A DNA stretch of 63,618 bases, counting the filler. It is 6 parts of 6 records of this genome, joined end to end, with 100 filler letters (N's around TTAATTAATTAA, not from the genome) between each part and the next. Parts side by side here need not be neighbours in the genome. Positions count along the whole stretch, not along the records: positions 8,437 to 15,302 come from SRR9188677_82; positions 15,403 to 37,821 come from SRR9188677_84; 4 more parts are not named here. One strand, 5' to 3'. The notes beneath the pieces were generated by a model. The model had not been told where the DNA came from and did not search any database. It worked only from the letters and a program-made list of their open reading frames with translations. Positions 10,213 to 18,582 of the stretch are shown piece by piece. Positions within the stretch are counted from its first letter, which is position 1. Each line of letters opens with the position of its first letter. The position numbers and the translations under genes are program-made.

Positions 10213-11418
10213 TCACTGGCCACCACCCGTTTGGAACGACCACTTCGAGCCCGGTTGCACGCGCGGCTGCGGCTCAGGGGCCGGTACTGCCGCGATCGAC
10301 GTAGCCGCCCCCGGTGACTTGCCCCCGTTATCGATCAAGACGACAGCCGGAGGCGCAGGAAGGGCCGTTTCCGGGCCATGGCGAGGGGTCTGCGGCTGAT
10401 CGAAGGCCCTGCGCTCACCCTCAGCCGCGAATGCGTAGAACGCGCCGTGGCGCACGAGCGCCTCGCACATCGCTTTGTCGATGGGGTACGGGGTCGCGTC
10501 CTGAGTGAAGCACTTGCACCCCTTCGAAGGCATCGAGACGCAAGCCGCAGCCACAGGGACACGCTTCGGCTCGGTCAGCTTGTCGTAGGCCGGCGCCGTG
10601 TGCATGAAGCCGGCAATGCGAGGGCGATAGGCAGATGCGTACTCCGCAGGCGTCATCACGTGATCGCGCTGGCCACCTGCGCCCGTGACGGGACCACTCT
10701 GCACCTGACCCGTGGCCGCGAGAGCCGCCGTCGGGTTCTTATGGGTGCGATCCCACATCAGCTTGCCGGCGAAAAACATCATCGACAGCGCGACGGGCAC
10801 ACCGACCACAACCATCCAGAACTGGCGCGGAATCTTGCGCTTGCCGGTATGCAGCTCTGCACTGTCGTACCAGTCGTAGACCTCAGTCGGCTGCGAACGC
10901 ATGGTGACCTGGGCCGACTTCCCCGCCCCGTCTTTCTCGCACTGAGTGTTGACCGACGCCCACTGCAACACGCTGGTGACGTTTGACGCCCCGAACGCAC
11001 GCTTCAGATGCTGGTGCCAACCCGGAGAACCAACGATCTTGGTGACGAAGGTGTCGAGGTTGCTGGGATGCGGAGTCAGCAGGAAGAAATCGAACCCACG
11101 GAAACGATGCTCCGCCATCCGACTGACAGGCTGCGGCACAGCCGAACCATTCGGACGCTTCGGCAGATAGTTGTGGCACTCATCACCGAGAAAGATCGTG
11201 CCGTCAGGTTGAGCCCACCAGTCCTTGAACTGACAGGTCTTCCATCCGAATTCCACCATCACATTCGGCTTGATCCGGAGGTAAAGACGCGTGGGGTCAA
11301 CGTCATCCCCAACGATCACACACACAGGCCGCAATTCCTTCAGCTGCAGCTCACGAACATCCTTGAGCGTGAACAGCGATTTGCAAGAGCCGTTCGCACC
11401 AGTGCGCAGATAGATCAT
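10213..11418 (-). CDS. Zot-like pI morphogenesis ATPase
   Basis: Walker A TGANGSCKS, Walker B FLGDECH, HRFRGFDFFLLTP, YDWYDSA, single TM, CKCFTQ. Confidence 0.93.
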   Translation of the reverse strand: MIYLRTGANGSCKSLFTLKDVRELQLKELRPVCVIVGDDVDPTRLYLRIKPNVMVEFGWKTCQFKDWWAQPDGTIFLGDECHNYLPKRPNGSAVPQPVSRMAEHRFRGFDFFLLTPHPSNLDTFVTKIVGSPGWHQHLKRAFGASNVTSVLQWASVNTQCEKDGAGKSAQVTMRSQPTEVYDWYDSAELHTGKRKIPRQFWMVVVGVPVALSMMFFAGKLMWDRTHKNPTAALAATGQVQSGPVTGAGGQRDHVMTPAEYASAYRPRIAGFMHTAPAYDKLTEPKRVPVAAACVSMPSKGCKCFTQDATPYPIDKAMCEALVRHGAFYAFAAEGERRAFDQPQTPRHGPETALPAPPAVVLIDNGGKSPGAATSIAAVPAPEPQPRVQPGSKWSFQTGGGQ

Positions 11419-11717
11419 TACTTCATCACCCAGCGCTTGACCTTGTCACCCGTGACACCAGTCACGACCGCGCGCGCAATGATCGCGCTGGTGACGATGC
11501 TGATGGCCACACCGACCTTCATGTACGAGAGCAGGTGAACCACATCGGCACCCATCCCCTGCAACGCCGAGACTGCCTGCCCCTTGAGGTAGCCGAGGCT
11601 CGCGTTCATGCCGGTGTACGTGGCAACGCCGATGCCCAGACGCAAGAGCACCTGCCCGGCGATCCTTCCGGACACCCATAGCAGACCGCGAAGAAGCAAC
11701 GCAATGATTTGCGGCAT
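11418..11717 (-). CDS. Minor coat protein pVI (DUF2523-like)
   Basis: 99-aa hydrophobic protein between pIII and Zot, translationally coupled to Zot. Confidence 0.85.
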   Translation of the reverse strand: MPQIIALLLRGLLWVSGRIAGQVLLRLGIGVATYTGMNASLGYLKGQAVSALQGMGADVVHLLSYMKVGVAISIVTSAIIARAVVTGVTGDKVKRWVMK

Positions 11718-11719
11718 GA

Positions 11720-13201
11720 CTACCCCCTAGTGACGATGCGGCCAGCCAGCAGGAATGCGAAGGCCACGAGGATTTGCCCGAAGACCGCTAGCGGGTCACA
11801 GAGCACGTTGAATGGCAGGGCCACGCTGTAGCCACGCACCGTGACGGTCTTGTTCAAGCTGCACCCACCGCCGCCGAGCGCATCGGACGTATCGAAGCTA
11901 CCCGCGCCGATGGTGAACTCAGCGTTATGCGGGCTGTCGGTCATCACGTTGTCGGTTTTTTGGCCCTCGGCCGTGACCCACGTTGACGGCTCCCCATCAG
12001 TGCGCAGCACCTCGCAATTGCGCTTGTACTGTTCCTCCGCCATCGCGTTCAGCACAGCATCGTCACTCACTGCCTTGAAACCGCTAGCACATGTACCGCC
12101 GAAGCTCGTATCTGCGCCGTCCCCATCGCACTGCTTGTCCTTGGAATTCTTCGCACAGAAATCCGACTGAGCCTGCGACGAAGACCCGCCACCTGTACCG
12201 GTGCAGGTCGTGCGGGTCTGACCGCCGACAGTCGTAGTCCCAGAGGTCTGACCGCTCGGGCAAGTGCTGTTGCCCGCCGCGTTCGTCGTCACGTTCGTGA
12301 TCGTCGTCGTCGTCGTGCACTGCCCCTGCAGGCATGTAGTCCTGCCCGTCTGCGTTGACGTGGTGGACGAACCGTCCGAGTTGTTCACCGTGGTCGAGCC
12401 ATTGCCCGGCGCGGGCGTACTGGTCTGCGTCCCGCTACCCGTAGGCGCGCAGATACGAGACCCGTTGAACTCCCCCGGTGCCTGACCTGCAGGACAACGA
12501 GCCGGCGCAGGCTGACCCGGAGAAGGCAGCTTGTCCGGATTCAAAGGGTCCTTCACCGGCGCAGGTGACGGCCCATCAGCCGACTCACCATTGCCGGTGC
12601 ACATCGAAGCCCGCCCGCCAGTAGCATAAGCAATGCCCCTGCACGTGTAGCCAGACTGACCAGGAACCTGAGACGTGTAGTCACACACCGCCACTGTCTG
12701 ACAAGAAGCCAGCTGGCCATTTCCCCCAAGACACGCATAGTTGTTGCCCTTAGAGGCAGAGGCCCACTCGATCTCCCCATACATCGCGCCCTTGATACCA
12801 AGGCAAGGATCAGGCGGAGCCTCGCAGGCAGTCTTCGCAGCGTTCTCAACATAGCCTGAAGAGCACTGGCACCCACCCGAAACAGAGGTACTGTTCGCCG
12901 GGCAGATAGCCGCGACAGTCACGAAGGAAAGCACATTTTGAGTCGGGCCGGGGTCGTCGTAGATATAGCGACAGCCGTAGCCCTGCGGTTCCAACGAAGT
13001 CGGGTTGCGGTAATTCTTTGCCGCATCGACCGTATTCATGTGAGCGACGAACGCCGTGCACGCCTCCGCATAGGTCGCCCGCGCTGTCGAATCAGGCGAG
13101 CCGCTCACCTTGTAGCCCGTGCCGGCCGGAATCAACGCATGCGCCGACAACGACACCAGCACCAAGAGGAAGGCAGCGATCAGGCGGTAAAGATGAGCCA
13201 T
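11720..13201 (-). CDS. Adsorption protein pIII-like
   Basis: Start reassigned to ATG 13201 (MAHLYRLIAAFLLVLVSLSAHA signal peptide); Cys-rich domains, G/S/T/P linkers, C-terminal TM anchor; 493 aa. Confidence 0.85.
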   Translation of the reverse strand: MAHLYRLIAAFLLVLVSLSAHALIPAGTGYKVSGSPDSTARATYAEACTAFVAHMNTVDAAKNYRNPTSLEPQGYGCRYIYDDPGPTQNVLSFVTVAAICPANSTSVSGGCQCSSGYVENAAKTACEAPPDPCLGIKGAMYGEIEWASASKGNNYACLGGNGQLASCQTVAVCDYTSQVPGQSGYTCRGIAYATGGRASMCTGNGESADGPSPAPVKDPLNPDKLPSPGQPAPARCPAGQAPGEFNGSRICAPTGSGTQTSTPAPGNGSTTVNNSDGSSTTSTQTGRTTCLQGQCTTTTTITNVTTNAAGNSTCPSGQTSGTTTVGGQTRTTCTGTGGGSSSQAQSDFCAKNSKDKQCDGDGADTSFGGTCASGFKAVSDDAVLNAMAEEQYKRNCEVLRTDGEPSTWVTAEGQKTDNVMTDSPHNAEFTIGAGSFDTSDALGGGGCSLNKTVTVRGYSVALPFNVLCDPLAVFGQILVAFAFLLAGRIVTRG

Positions 13202-13239
13202 AGCGCCCCGCAGATCGCGATGATGGAGAAGATTCCCAT
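13180..13239 (-). CDS. 19-aa hydrophobic micro-ORF (MGIFSIIAICGALWLIFTA) overlapping the pIII start
   Basis: ATG 13239 preceded by AGGA; single TM-length peptide; not in the ORF track. Confidence 0.5.
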   Translation of the reverse strand: MGIFSIIAICGALWLIFTA

Positions 13240-13257
13240 GAGGTCCTGCCTTGTGCG

Positions 13258-13319
13258 AAGCAGCCAGCTCGAAGTAACAGGCTGCTTTGAACAAGGCACC
13301 CGATGCGTCCACCGGGTGC
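13258..13319 (-). terminator. Tandem hairpins after the major coat gene (terminator or mRNA-stabilising)
   Basis: GCACCCG/CGGGTGC stem (13296-13319) and AAGCAGCC/GGCTGCTT stem (13258-13287). Confidence 0.5.
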
Positions 13320-13332
13320 GCTCAGCGGGGAA

Positions 13333-13536
13333 TCAGCTCAGGGCCGAACGCACCCACTTGAAGGCCTTCACAGCGCCGTAGATCAGCAGCACAGCCACGC
13401 CGATCAGGCCCACGGGGGCGGCCTGCGCGCCGATGTCGGTAACGACCGCGGCCACGTCCACAGCAGCAGCGTTTGCGCCACCAGCGAGGGTCAGGACACC
13501 AGCGGCAGCGAGGCCGCGAATCACGTTTGCGTTCAT
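13333..13536 (-). CDS. Major coat protein pVIII
   Basis: 67 aa from ATG 13536: signal peptide ending ANA, acidic N-terminus, TM helix and basic C-terminus KAFKWVRSALS. Confidence 0.9.
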   Translation of the reverse strand: MNANVIRGLAAAGVLTLAGGANAAAVDVAAVVTDIGAQAAPVGLIGVAVLLIYGAVKAFKWVRSALS

Positions 13537-13546
13537 TTCAGTTTTC

Positions 13547-13747
13547 CTACTCAGGTTGATTTCCATCGGAAGTGTTGAGGGTTCGCAGGACCATTCGCAC
13601 GGCCCAGCCAACCACCCATACCGCGCTGATGGCGAGCGCGATTTGTGCGCCTTCTTCCAGCGTGAGCTGCAAGGGAGGCAGAGAAAGTTCGTGCACCACG
13701 GTGACGGTGCACGCGGATGCGCAATCGATGACGGTGGGGTCAGCCAT
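13547..13747 (-). CDS. Minor coat protein (pIX/pVII-like)
   Basis: 66 aa from ATG 13747 (MADPTVIDC...), one TM, directly upstream of pVIII. Confidence 0.7.
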   Translation of the reverse strand: MADPTVIDCASACTVTVVHELSLPPLQLTLEEGAQIALAISAVWVVGWAVRMVLRTLNTSDGNQPE

Positions 13748-13949
13748 GACCCACCAGGTCGATGTAACTGCCGTGGTCCTGGCTCGACGTAACAAGCGCA
13801 GGGACCTTGCTGTGATCGCGTCGACGTGCGCGTTCGATGCGCATGCGGCACTCAGCGTGCTCGGAGGACCACCACACGAATGCGCAGAAGCCCAGTCCGA
13901 GCAGCAAGCCCAGCAGCACAGCAGCCATAACGTGCTCAGTGGCGAACAT
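13740..13949 (-). CDS. Small TM protein (pVII-like)
   Basis: 69 aa with N-terminal TM; TGATG coupling to the SSB stop. Confidence 0.6.
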   Translation of the reverse strand: MFATEHVMAAVLLGLLLGLGFCAFVWWSSEHAECRMRIERARRRDHSKVPALVTSSQDHGSYIDLVGHG

Positions 13950-14257
13950 CAAGCACCCGCAGCGGCAGGTTGCGCACCACGCTTCGGAGGCAGCGGCGTA
14001 AGGCCCACAAGCTTCGCGACGATGCGGCCTTGGTTCTCGCCAAAGGACGCGGCCTCGAGCGCGAATGCGCCGGTGTAGGTACCGGGCTTCGCAACGTCCT
14101 CGAGCTGCTTCGGAATGACGAGCACGCCGACCGCCGCCACGGTGCCGTCATCGTTGATCAACACGCACTGCGCCTCGGGAATCTTGTACGGCTGACCAGA
14201 CTTCTTCGAGGTGCCCTCTTTCGTGTTGACGACGAGGATTTGAAGGATGGATTGCAT
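13949..14257 (-). CDS. Single-stranded DNA-binding protein (pV-like)
   Basis: 102 aa from ATG 14257; GTSKKSGQPY hairpin motif; beta-rich; canonical position before the coat genes. Confidence 0.8.
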   Translation of the reverse strand: MQSILQILVVNTKEGTSKKSGQPYKIPEAQCVLINDDGTVAAVGVLVIPKQLEDVAKPGTYTGAFALEAASFGENQGRIVAKLVGLTPLPPKRGAQPAAAGA

Positions 14258-14342
14258 GGTGTATTGCCCTTGAGAAGACACAGCCAAATCGACTGCCGGA
14301 TGCTCGCGTTGGAAGCGAGCAACGAGCGGGCGACTCAGCCAG

Positions 14343-14798
14343 TTAGGCAAGCTCACGCTCCCGATACGCCCAGGTGCGGGGCATCGTCGAAAACTTGTAA
14401 AGGTCCCGGGTGTCGAATAAAGGACGACGATAGACACCAGCCGCGAAGAACACCGTTACGCGGCTCGACCAATAACCCGAGCTCGACTCCACCAAGGCCG
14501 CACCACGAACCGTTTCGAGGAACAACTCGCAGCCGTAACGCACCTTGAAAACGTGCTGCTGATACGGGTTCAACTTGCCAGCAGCCAGTCGCGTTACCCA
14601 GTCCTGCTGGATGGCCTCATCGGTCAGCTCAGGCGTAACGACAGGCTCGGGTTGAACCAGCTGGGGGGCGTAACGCCCGACACCCGCCGCCTTTTCAGCG
14701 TTACGGCGCGCACGCCAAGCAGCTTGACGTTCCGCATTCGTCATAGCTCGCACGGGAAGAGGAAGCGGGCGGGTGCGGCTGTCTGTTTGGTCGCGCAT
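14343..14798 (-). CDS. Phage hypothetical protein with MTNAERQAAWRARR basic helix
   Basis: First gene of the leftward operon; T-x-AERQ-x-x-x-R-x-R motif common in small phage/plasmid regulators. Confidence 0.5.
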   Translation of the reverse strand: MRDQTDSRTRPLPLPVRAMTNAERQAAWRARRNAEKAAGVGRYAPQLVQPEPVVTPELTDEAIQQDWVTRLAAGKLNPYQQHVFKVRYGCELFLETVRGAALVESSSGYWSSRVTVFFAAGVYRRPLFDTRDLYKFSTMPRTWAYRERELA

Positions 14799-14864
14799 GG
14801 AGGGGCCTCGGTTGAGAGCCGCTGCTTCTGGCAGTAGCCCTTTCGGGCGCGGCTCCTAAAATGA

Positions 14865-14934
14865 GCAATCTGCAACCTATCGCAAACTGCAACACCCCGA
14901 GCCTACACCACCATGTCGCAACTTGCAACACCCC
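14865..14934. promoter_or_regulatory. Three direct repeats GCAANNTGCAAC, candidate repressor operators
   Basis: GCAATCTGCAAC 14865, GCAAACTGCAAC 14882, GCAACTTGCAAC 14918 in the divergent promoter region. Confidence 0.55.
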
Positions 14935-15296
14935 TTACCGTCGCCGAACTCATTGAAGCCGCAGCCAAGGTCGCAGGCAGCCAAGTGAAGCTTGCCGCCC
15001 TGCTAGACACGACCGCACCGACGCTGATACAGATGAAACAGGGAAAGCGCCCGTGTAACTGGCGGGTCCGCGGAAAGCTTCGCGCCGTGCTGGGAGAAGA
15101 CCCGACCAGGGCATTCATCGCTGCGATGGCCGAGGACCTAGAACAGTCCGACAACACAGACGAAAAAAAAGCCGCCGATGGCTTCAGAGCCATGCTGGCA
15201 GCGTTTCCAGAAGAGCATGAAAAAAGCCCCGTCGATCGTGAGATCAACGGGGCCCAATCAAATTGGCGGAACCGGAGGGATTCGAACCCTCGATGA
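14913..15296 (+). CDS. HTH transcriptional repressor (inovirus type); C-terminus overlaps the att/tRNA sequence
   Basis: GSQVKLAALLDTTAPTLIQMKQGKR helix-turn-helix; divergent from structural genes. Confidence 0.8.
   Translation: MSQLATPLTVAELIEAAAKVAGSQVKLAALLDTTAPTLIQMKQGKRPCNWRVRGKLRAVLGEDPTRAFIAAMAEDLEQSDNTDEKKAADGFRAMLAAFPEEHEKSPVDREINGAQSNWRNRRDSNPR
15220..15253 (-). terminator. Intrinsic terminator just downstream of the tRNA 3' end
   Basis: Minus strand GCCCCGTTGATC-tcac-GATCGACGGGGC-TTTTTT. Confidence 0.7.
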
Positions 15297-15302
15297 GGCT
15301 CT
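15264..15302 (-). tRNA. 3' part of tRNA-Ser (att site), truncated by the contig end
   Basis: Reverse complement AGAGCCTCATCGAGGGTTCGAATCCCTCCGGTTCCGCCA: T-loop GGTTCGAATCC, discriminator G, CCA and remnant of a long variable arm; anticodon not visible. Confidence 0.8.
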
Positions 15303-15402
15303 NNNNNNNNNNNNNNNNNNNNNNNNNNNNNNNNNNNNNNNNNNNNTTAATTAATTAANNNNNNNNNNNNNNNNNNNNNNNNNNNNNNNNNNNNNNNNNN
15401 NN
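15303..15402. other. Artificial contig spacer
   Basis: N run + TTAATTAATTAA + N run. Confidence 0.98.
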
Positions 15403-15431
15403 GGTCGCAGGTTCGAATCCTGTCTTCCCGA
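15403..15431 (+). tRNA. 3' part of a tRNA, probably tRNA-Pro, truncated
   Basis: GGTCGCAGGTTCGAATCCTGTCTTCCCGA: T-arm plus acceptor strand ending CCCG-A, typical of tRNA-Pro; anticodon missing. Confidence 0.7.
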
Positions 15432-15434
15432 CGT

Positions 15435-15464
15435 AAAAAGTCCTTCAGCAATGAAGGACTTTTT
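15435..15464 (+). terminator. Intrinsic terminator after the tRNA
   Basis: AAAAAGTCCTTCA-gcaa-TGAAGGACTTTTT. Confidence 0.85.
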
Positions 15465-15552
15465 CATTTTACGGACCCGGACCATCTGTTAATGTAGCAG
15501 AAGGGTCTTGGCTTTTTGCGGTATATTTATTTCATTGTTTCCAACCTTTACC

Positions 15553-16353
15553 ATGCAAACAATCCCTTCTCCAGAGATCAGAACCGTAGCGGTAACCCGC
15601 TATGTGGCGCCATTGCGTGAGGGTGGTTCTTTGCCTGCTATTGCTGAAGCCGATGATTCTTTTTTGTATGTACTGAAATTCAGAGGTGCCGGACAAGGGG
15701 TGAAAGCCCTGATTGCAGAGCTGATCGGGGGCGAAATTGCGAGGGTGCTGGGTTTGAAAGTGCCTGAAATCGTTTTTGCCGAACTGGATACGGCTTTTGG
15801 ACGTACGGAGCCGGACGAAGAGATCCAGGATCTGCTGAAAGCAAGTGTGGGCAAAAACCTGGGACTGCATTATCTCTCCGGTGCCATCACATTTGATCCG
15901 AATGTGACGGTGGTAGATCCATTAACTGCTTCCAAAATTGTGTGGCTGGATGCGTTGCTGATGAATGTAGACAGAACGGCCCGAAATACCAATATGCTGA
16001 TCTGGAAAAAAGAACTATGGCTGATAGATCATGGTGCGGCACTGTATTTTCACCATGCCTGGCAGGAATGGGCCTCTTATGCGGCCAAACCTTTTGTGCA
16101 GGTAAAAGAGCATGTACTGTTAGCGCGGGCTTCGGCTTTGGAAGAAGTGCAGGCGCTGGCAGCAAAACTGCTTACACCGGAACTGGTGAAAGCCATAGTA
16201 GCATTGGTTCCCGATGAGTGGTTATTGCCGGGTGATGAAAATGTTAGTGCCATAGAACGCAGAACTGTGTATGCTGAATTCCTGAATCAAAGAATAGCCT
16301 TATCACAGATTTTTGTAAAAGAAGCAATACATGCCAGAGAATCACTTATTTGA
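15553..16353 (+). CDS. HipA-like (HipA_2) kinase
   Basis: REGGSLP, YVLKFRGAGQG, NVDRT..NTNML and WLIDHG kinase motifs; start at ATG 15553. Confidence 0.85.
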   Translation: MQTIPSPEIRTVAVTRYVAPLREGGSLPAIAEADDSFLYVLKFRGAGQGVKALIAELIGGEIARVLGLKVPEIVFAELDTAFGRTEPDEEIQDLLKASVGKNLGLHYLSGAITFDPNVTVVDPLTASKIVWLDALLMNVDRTARNTNMLIWKKELWLIDHGAALYFHHAWQEWASYAAKPFVQVKEHVLLARASALEEVQALAAKLLTPELVKAIVALVPDEWLLPGDENVSAIERRTVYAEFLNQRIALSQIFVKEAIHARESLI

Positions 16354-16714
16354 GTATGCCATCATACGGATCGTACCCAGAGTGGAGCGCGAAGAGTTCT
16401 TCAATGTGGGTGTGGTACTCTTTTGCAAAAAACTGGATTTCCTGGAAGTGAAATATGTATTGCCCGAAGAAAAGATCAAATTGTTCTGTGAAATGTTGCA
16501 GATGGAAGAGCTGAAAGAATATCTTTCCAGCTTTGAAAAAATCTGTAAGGGAGCCGCCGATGGCGGACCGATTGCTTTGTTGGATAAAGCATCCCGTTTC
16601 AGGTGGCTTACGGCAACAAGAAGTACAGTATTACAAACATCCAAAGTTCATCCGGGTTTGTGCGATGATCCGGCACAGGCATTGCAGCGGCTGTTTGATC
16701 AATTGGTTTTATAA
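16331..16714 (+). CDS. DUF3037 domain protein
   Basis: FEYAIIRIVPRVEREEFFNVGV motif; overlaps the HipA-like gene, its usual partner. Confidence 0.85.
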   Translation: MPENHLFEYAIIRIVPRVEREEFFNVGVVLFCKKLDFLEVKYVLPEEKIKLFCEMLQMEELKEYLSSFEKICKGAADGGPIALLDKASRFRWLTATRSTVLQTSKVHPGLCDDPAQALQRLFDQLVL

Positions 16715-16747
16715 ATAGCGGCCATTGGCTGGCTCAATCGAATAGAG

Positions 16748-17641
16748 ATGCATACTATTTGTTGTATAGGACATATTACCCATGATAAAGTAGTTACCCC
16801 CGGTTCAGTTGTACATATGCCCGGTGGTACTTCTTTTTATTTTTCCAATGCTATACGGCAGATGGACACGCGTTACCAGTTGGTTACAGCGGTTGCTGCC
16901 CCTGAACTGCCTTATGTGACTGCTTTACGGAATGCCGGAATTGAAGTGACGGCATTTCCCAGCCAACAAACTGTTTTTTTTGAGAATATCTACTCGCAGG
17001 ATCAGGATAACAGAACGCAGCGGGTATTGCATAAATCAGATCCTTTTACAGTAGATCAGTTAAAAGAGGTAAAGGCTGAGATCTTTCACCTTGGACCCTT
17101 ACTGGCAGATGATATTCCTGTATCGCTGATCCGTGATCTGGCTTTGCGTGGAAAAGTATCGCTGGATGTTCAGGGGTATCTGCGCGAAGTAAGAGAAGAG
17201 AATGTGTACCCGGTTGATTGGCTCGATAAAAAAGAGGCTTTGCCTTTTATCAGTATTCTCAAAGCCAATGAAACCGAAATGGAGAAACTGACGGGAACAA
17301 GTGATATTAAGGAGGGCATACAGAAATTAACAGACTGGGGTGTTGCAGAAGTGATCATTACTTTGGGAAGCAAAGGTTCGGTGATCTATCATGAAGGAGA
17401 AACTTGTATTATTCCCGCCTTCATACCGGAACAGGTAATTGATGCCACGGGCTGTGGTGATACCTATATGGCGGGTTATCTCTATCGTAGAACAAAAGGT
17501 GATTCGATAAATGACGCAGGGAATTTTGCCGCTGCCATGGCTACCCGTAAAATCGAAGGGTCGGGTCCATTCGAAGGCACAGAAAAAGATGTACAGGATG
17601 TATTACAACAGCGTGCTACAAAACTATTCAGTTTCCAATAA
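16748..17641 (+). CDS. PfkB-family carbohydrate kinase
   Basis: PGG near the N-terminus, ITLGSKGS and DATGCGDTY signature. Confidence 0.9.
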   Translation: MHTICCIGHITHDKVVTPGSVVHMPGGTSFYFSNAIRQMDTRYQLVTAVAAPELPYVTALRNAGIEVTAFPSQQTVFFENIYSQDQDNRTQRVLHKSDPFTVDQLKEVKAEIFHLGPLLADDIPVSLIRDLALRGKVSLDVQGYLREVREENVYPVDWLDKKEALPFISILKANETEMEKLTGTSDIKEGIQKLTDWGVAEVIITLGSKGSVIYHEGETCIIPAFIPEQVIDATGCGDTYMAGYLYRRTKGDSINDAGNFAAAMATRKIEGSGPFEGTEKDVQDVLQQRATKLFSFQ

Positions 17642-17653
17642 TCAAACTTTTAT

Positions 17654-18577
17654 ATGCAAAGGCAACATCCAATAGTTATTTTCTGCCTTGGCTTTTTATT
17701 CTTGCTATTCAGCATTTCTGCTGCTATGGCACAGGCTGCTAAACCCATTACGCAAGTAGTACTATTAGGAACAGGTACTCCCTTTGCTGATCCGGAAAGA
17801 TCCGGTCCTTCTCTGGCCATTGTTGTTAATAATACTTCTTACGTGATAGATTGTGGTCCGGGTGTGGTGCGAAGAGCTTCGGCTGCTGCCTCGAAAGGTA
17901 TTCCGGCACTAAAAGCGGCTGCTTTACGAAAATTATTTATTACACACCTTCATACCGATCATACTGCCGGTTATTCCGATTTTATTTTTACACCCGCCGT
18001 ACTCGATCGGAATGCAGCATTGGATGTGTTTGGTCCGAAAGGAATACAGCAAATGACGGATCATATTCTGCAGGCATATAAAGAAGATATGGATATCCGC
18101 ATCAAGGGACTGGAATATGGTGACCCCGCCGGTTATCGTGTGAATGTGCAGGAGATTAAACCGGGAGTGATATATAGAGATTCCAATATTACTGTGAAAG
18201 CTTTCCGCGTAAACCATGGTTCTTGGGCCGAAGCGTATGGATTTCGTTTCGAAACACCCGATAAAGTGATTGTTGTGTCTGGCGATTGTACCTATAGTGA
18301 AGAGCTGGTAAAGAATGCGCAGGACTGCGATATACTCATCCACGAAGTTTATTCCGAAGAGGGACTGGCGCGACGGGAAAAACGCTGGCAGGATTATCAT
18401 TCCACTTTTCATACTTCTACCAGTCAACTGGCTGAGATTGCCAATCAAGTAAAACCGGGTTTACTCGTTCTTACGCACCAGTTATTGTTTGGAGCAACAG
18501 AAGAAAGCCTGCTTCGCGAGATTCGCTCGCGGTATGCTGGGAAGCTCGTTAGTGGGAAGGACCTGGATATATTCTGA
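17654..18577 (+). CDS. Secreted MBL-fold hydrolase (RNase Z/AtsA-like)
   Basis: Signal peptide; LLGTG, THLHTDH, SGDC, HE and HT motifs. Confidence 0.85.
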   Translation: MQRQHPIVIFCLGFLFLLFSISAAMAQAAKPITQVVLLGTGTPFADPERSGPSLAIVVNNTSYVIDCGPGVVRRASAAASKGIPALKAAALRKLFITHLHTDHTAGYSDFIFTPAVLDRNAALDVFGPKGIQQMTDHILQAYKEDMDIRIKGLEYGDPAGYRVNVQEIKPGVIYRDSNITVKAFRVNHGSWAEAYGFRFETPDKVIVVSGDCTYSEELVKNAQDCDILIHEVYSEEGLARREKRWQDYHSTFHTSTSQLAEIANQVKPGLLVLTHQLLFGATEESLLREIRSRYAGKLVSGKDLDIF

Positions 18578-18582
18578 CAGAT

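Larger units (their letters stand above)
8437..15302. mobile_element. Filamentous phage (Inoviridae-like) prophage with serine recombinase and tRNA-Ser att, probably from a betaproteobacterium
   Basis: Co-oriented SSB, small TM coat genes, pVIII, pIII, pVI, Zot and HUH Rep; divergent HTH repressor; YARVS recombinase start; tRNA 3' end at terminus; high GC. Confidence 0.93.

Noticed and set aside
9744-10986. Long plus-strand and alternative-frame ORFs in the phage (9744..10304, 10378..10986, 9854..10243 and others)
   Set aside because: Shadow ORFs expected in high-GC DNA, overlapping zot or the origin region, with no recognisable motifs
10213-11418. Zot as a virulence toxin
   Set aside because: Context shows it is the pI assembly ATPase; nothing supports an enterotoxin role
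13333-13851. 172-aa ORF as the coat protein, and likewise the extended starts for pIII (13312) and SSB (14437)
   Set aside because: Upstream extensions overlap other genes; internal ATGs give canonical signal peptides and sizes
15264-15431. Two tRNA fragments facing each other as attL/attR of one element
   Set aside because: Different tRNAs (Ser vs Pro) on different contigs separated by a spacer
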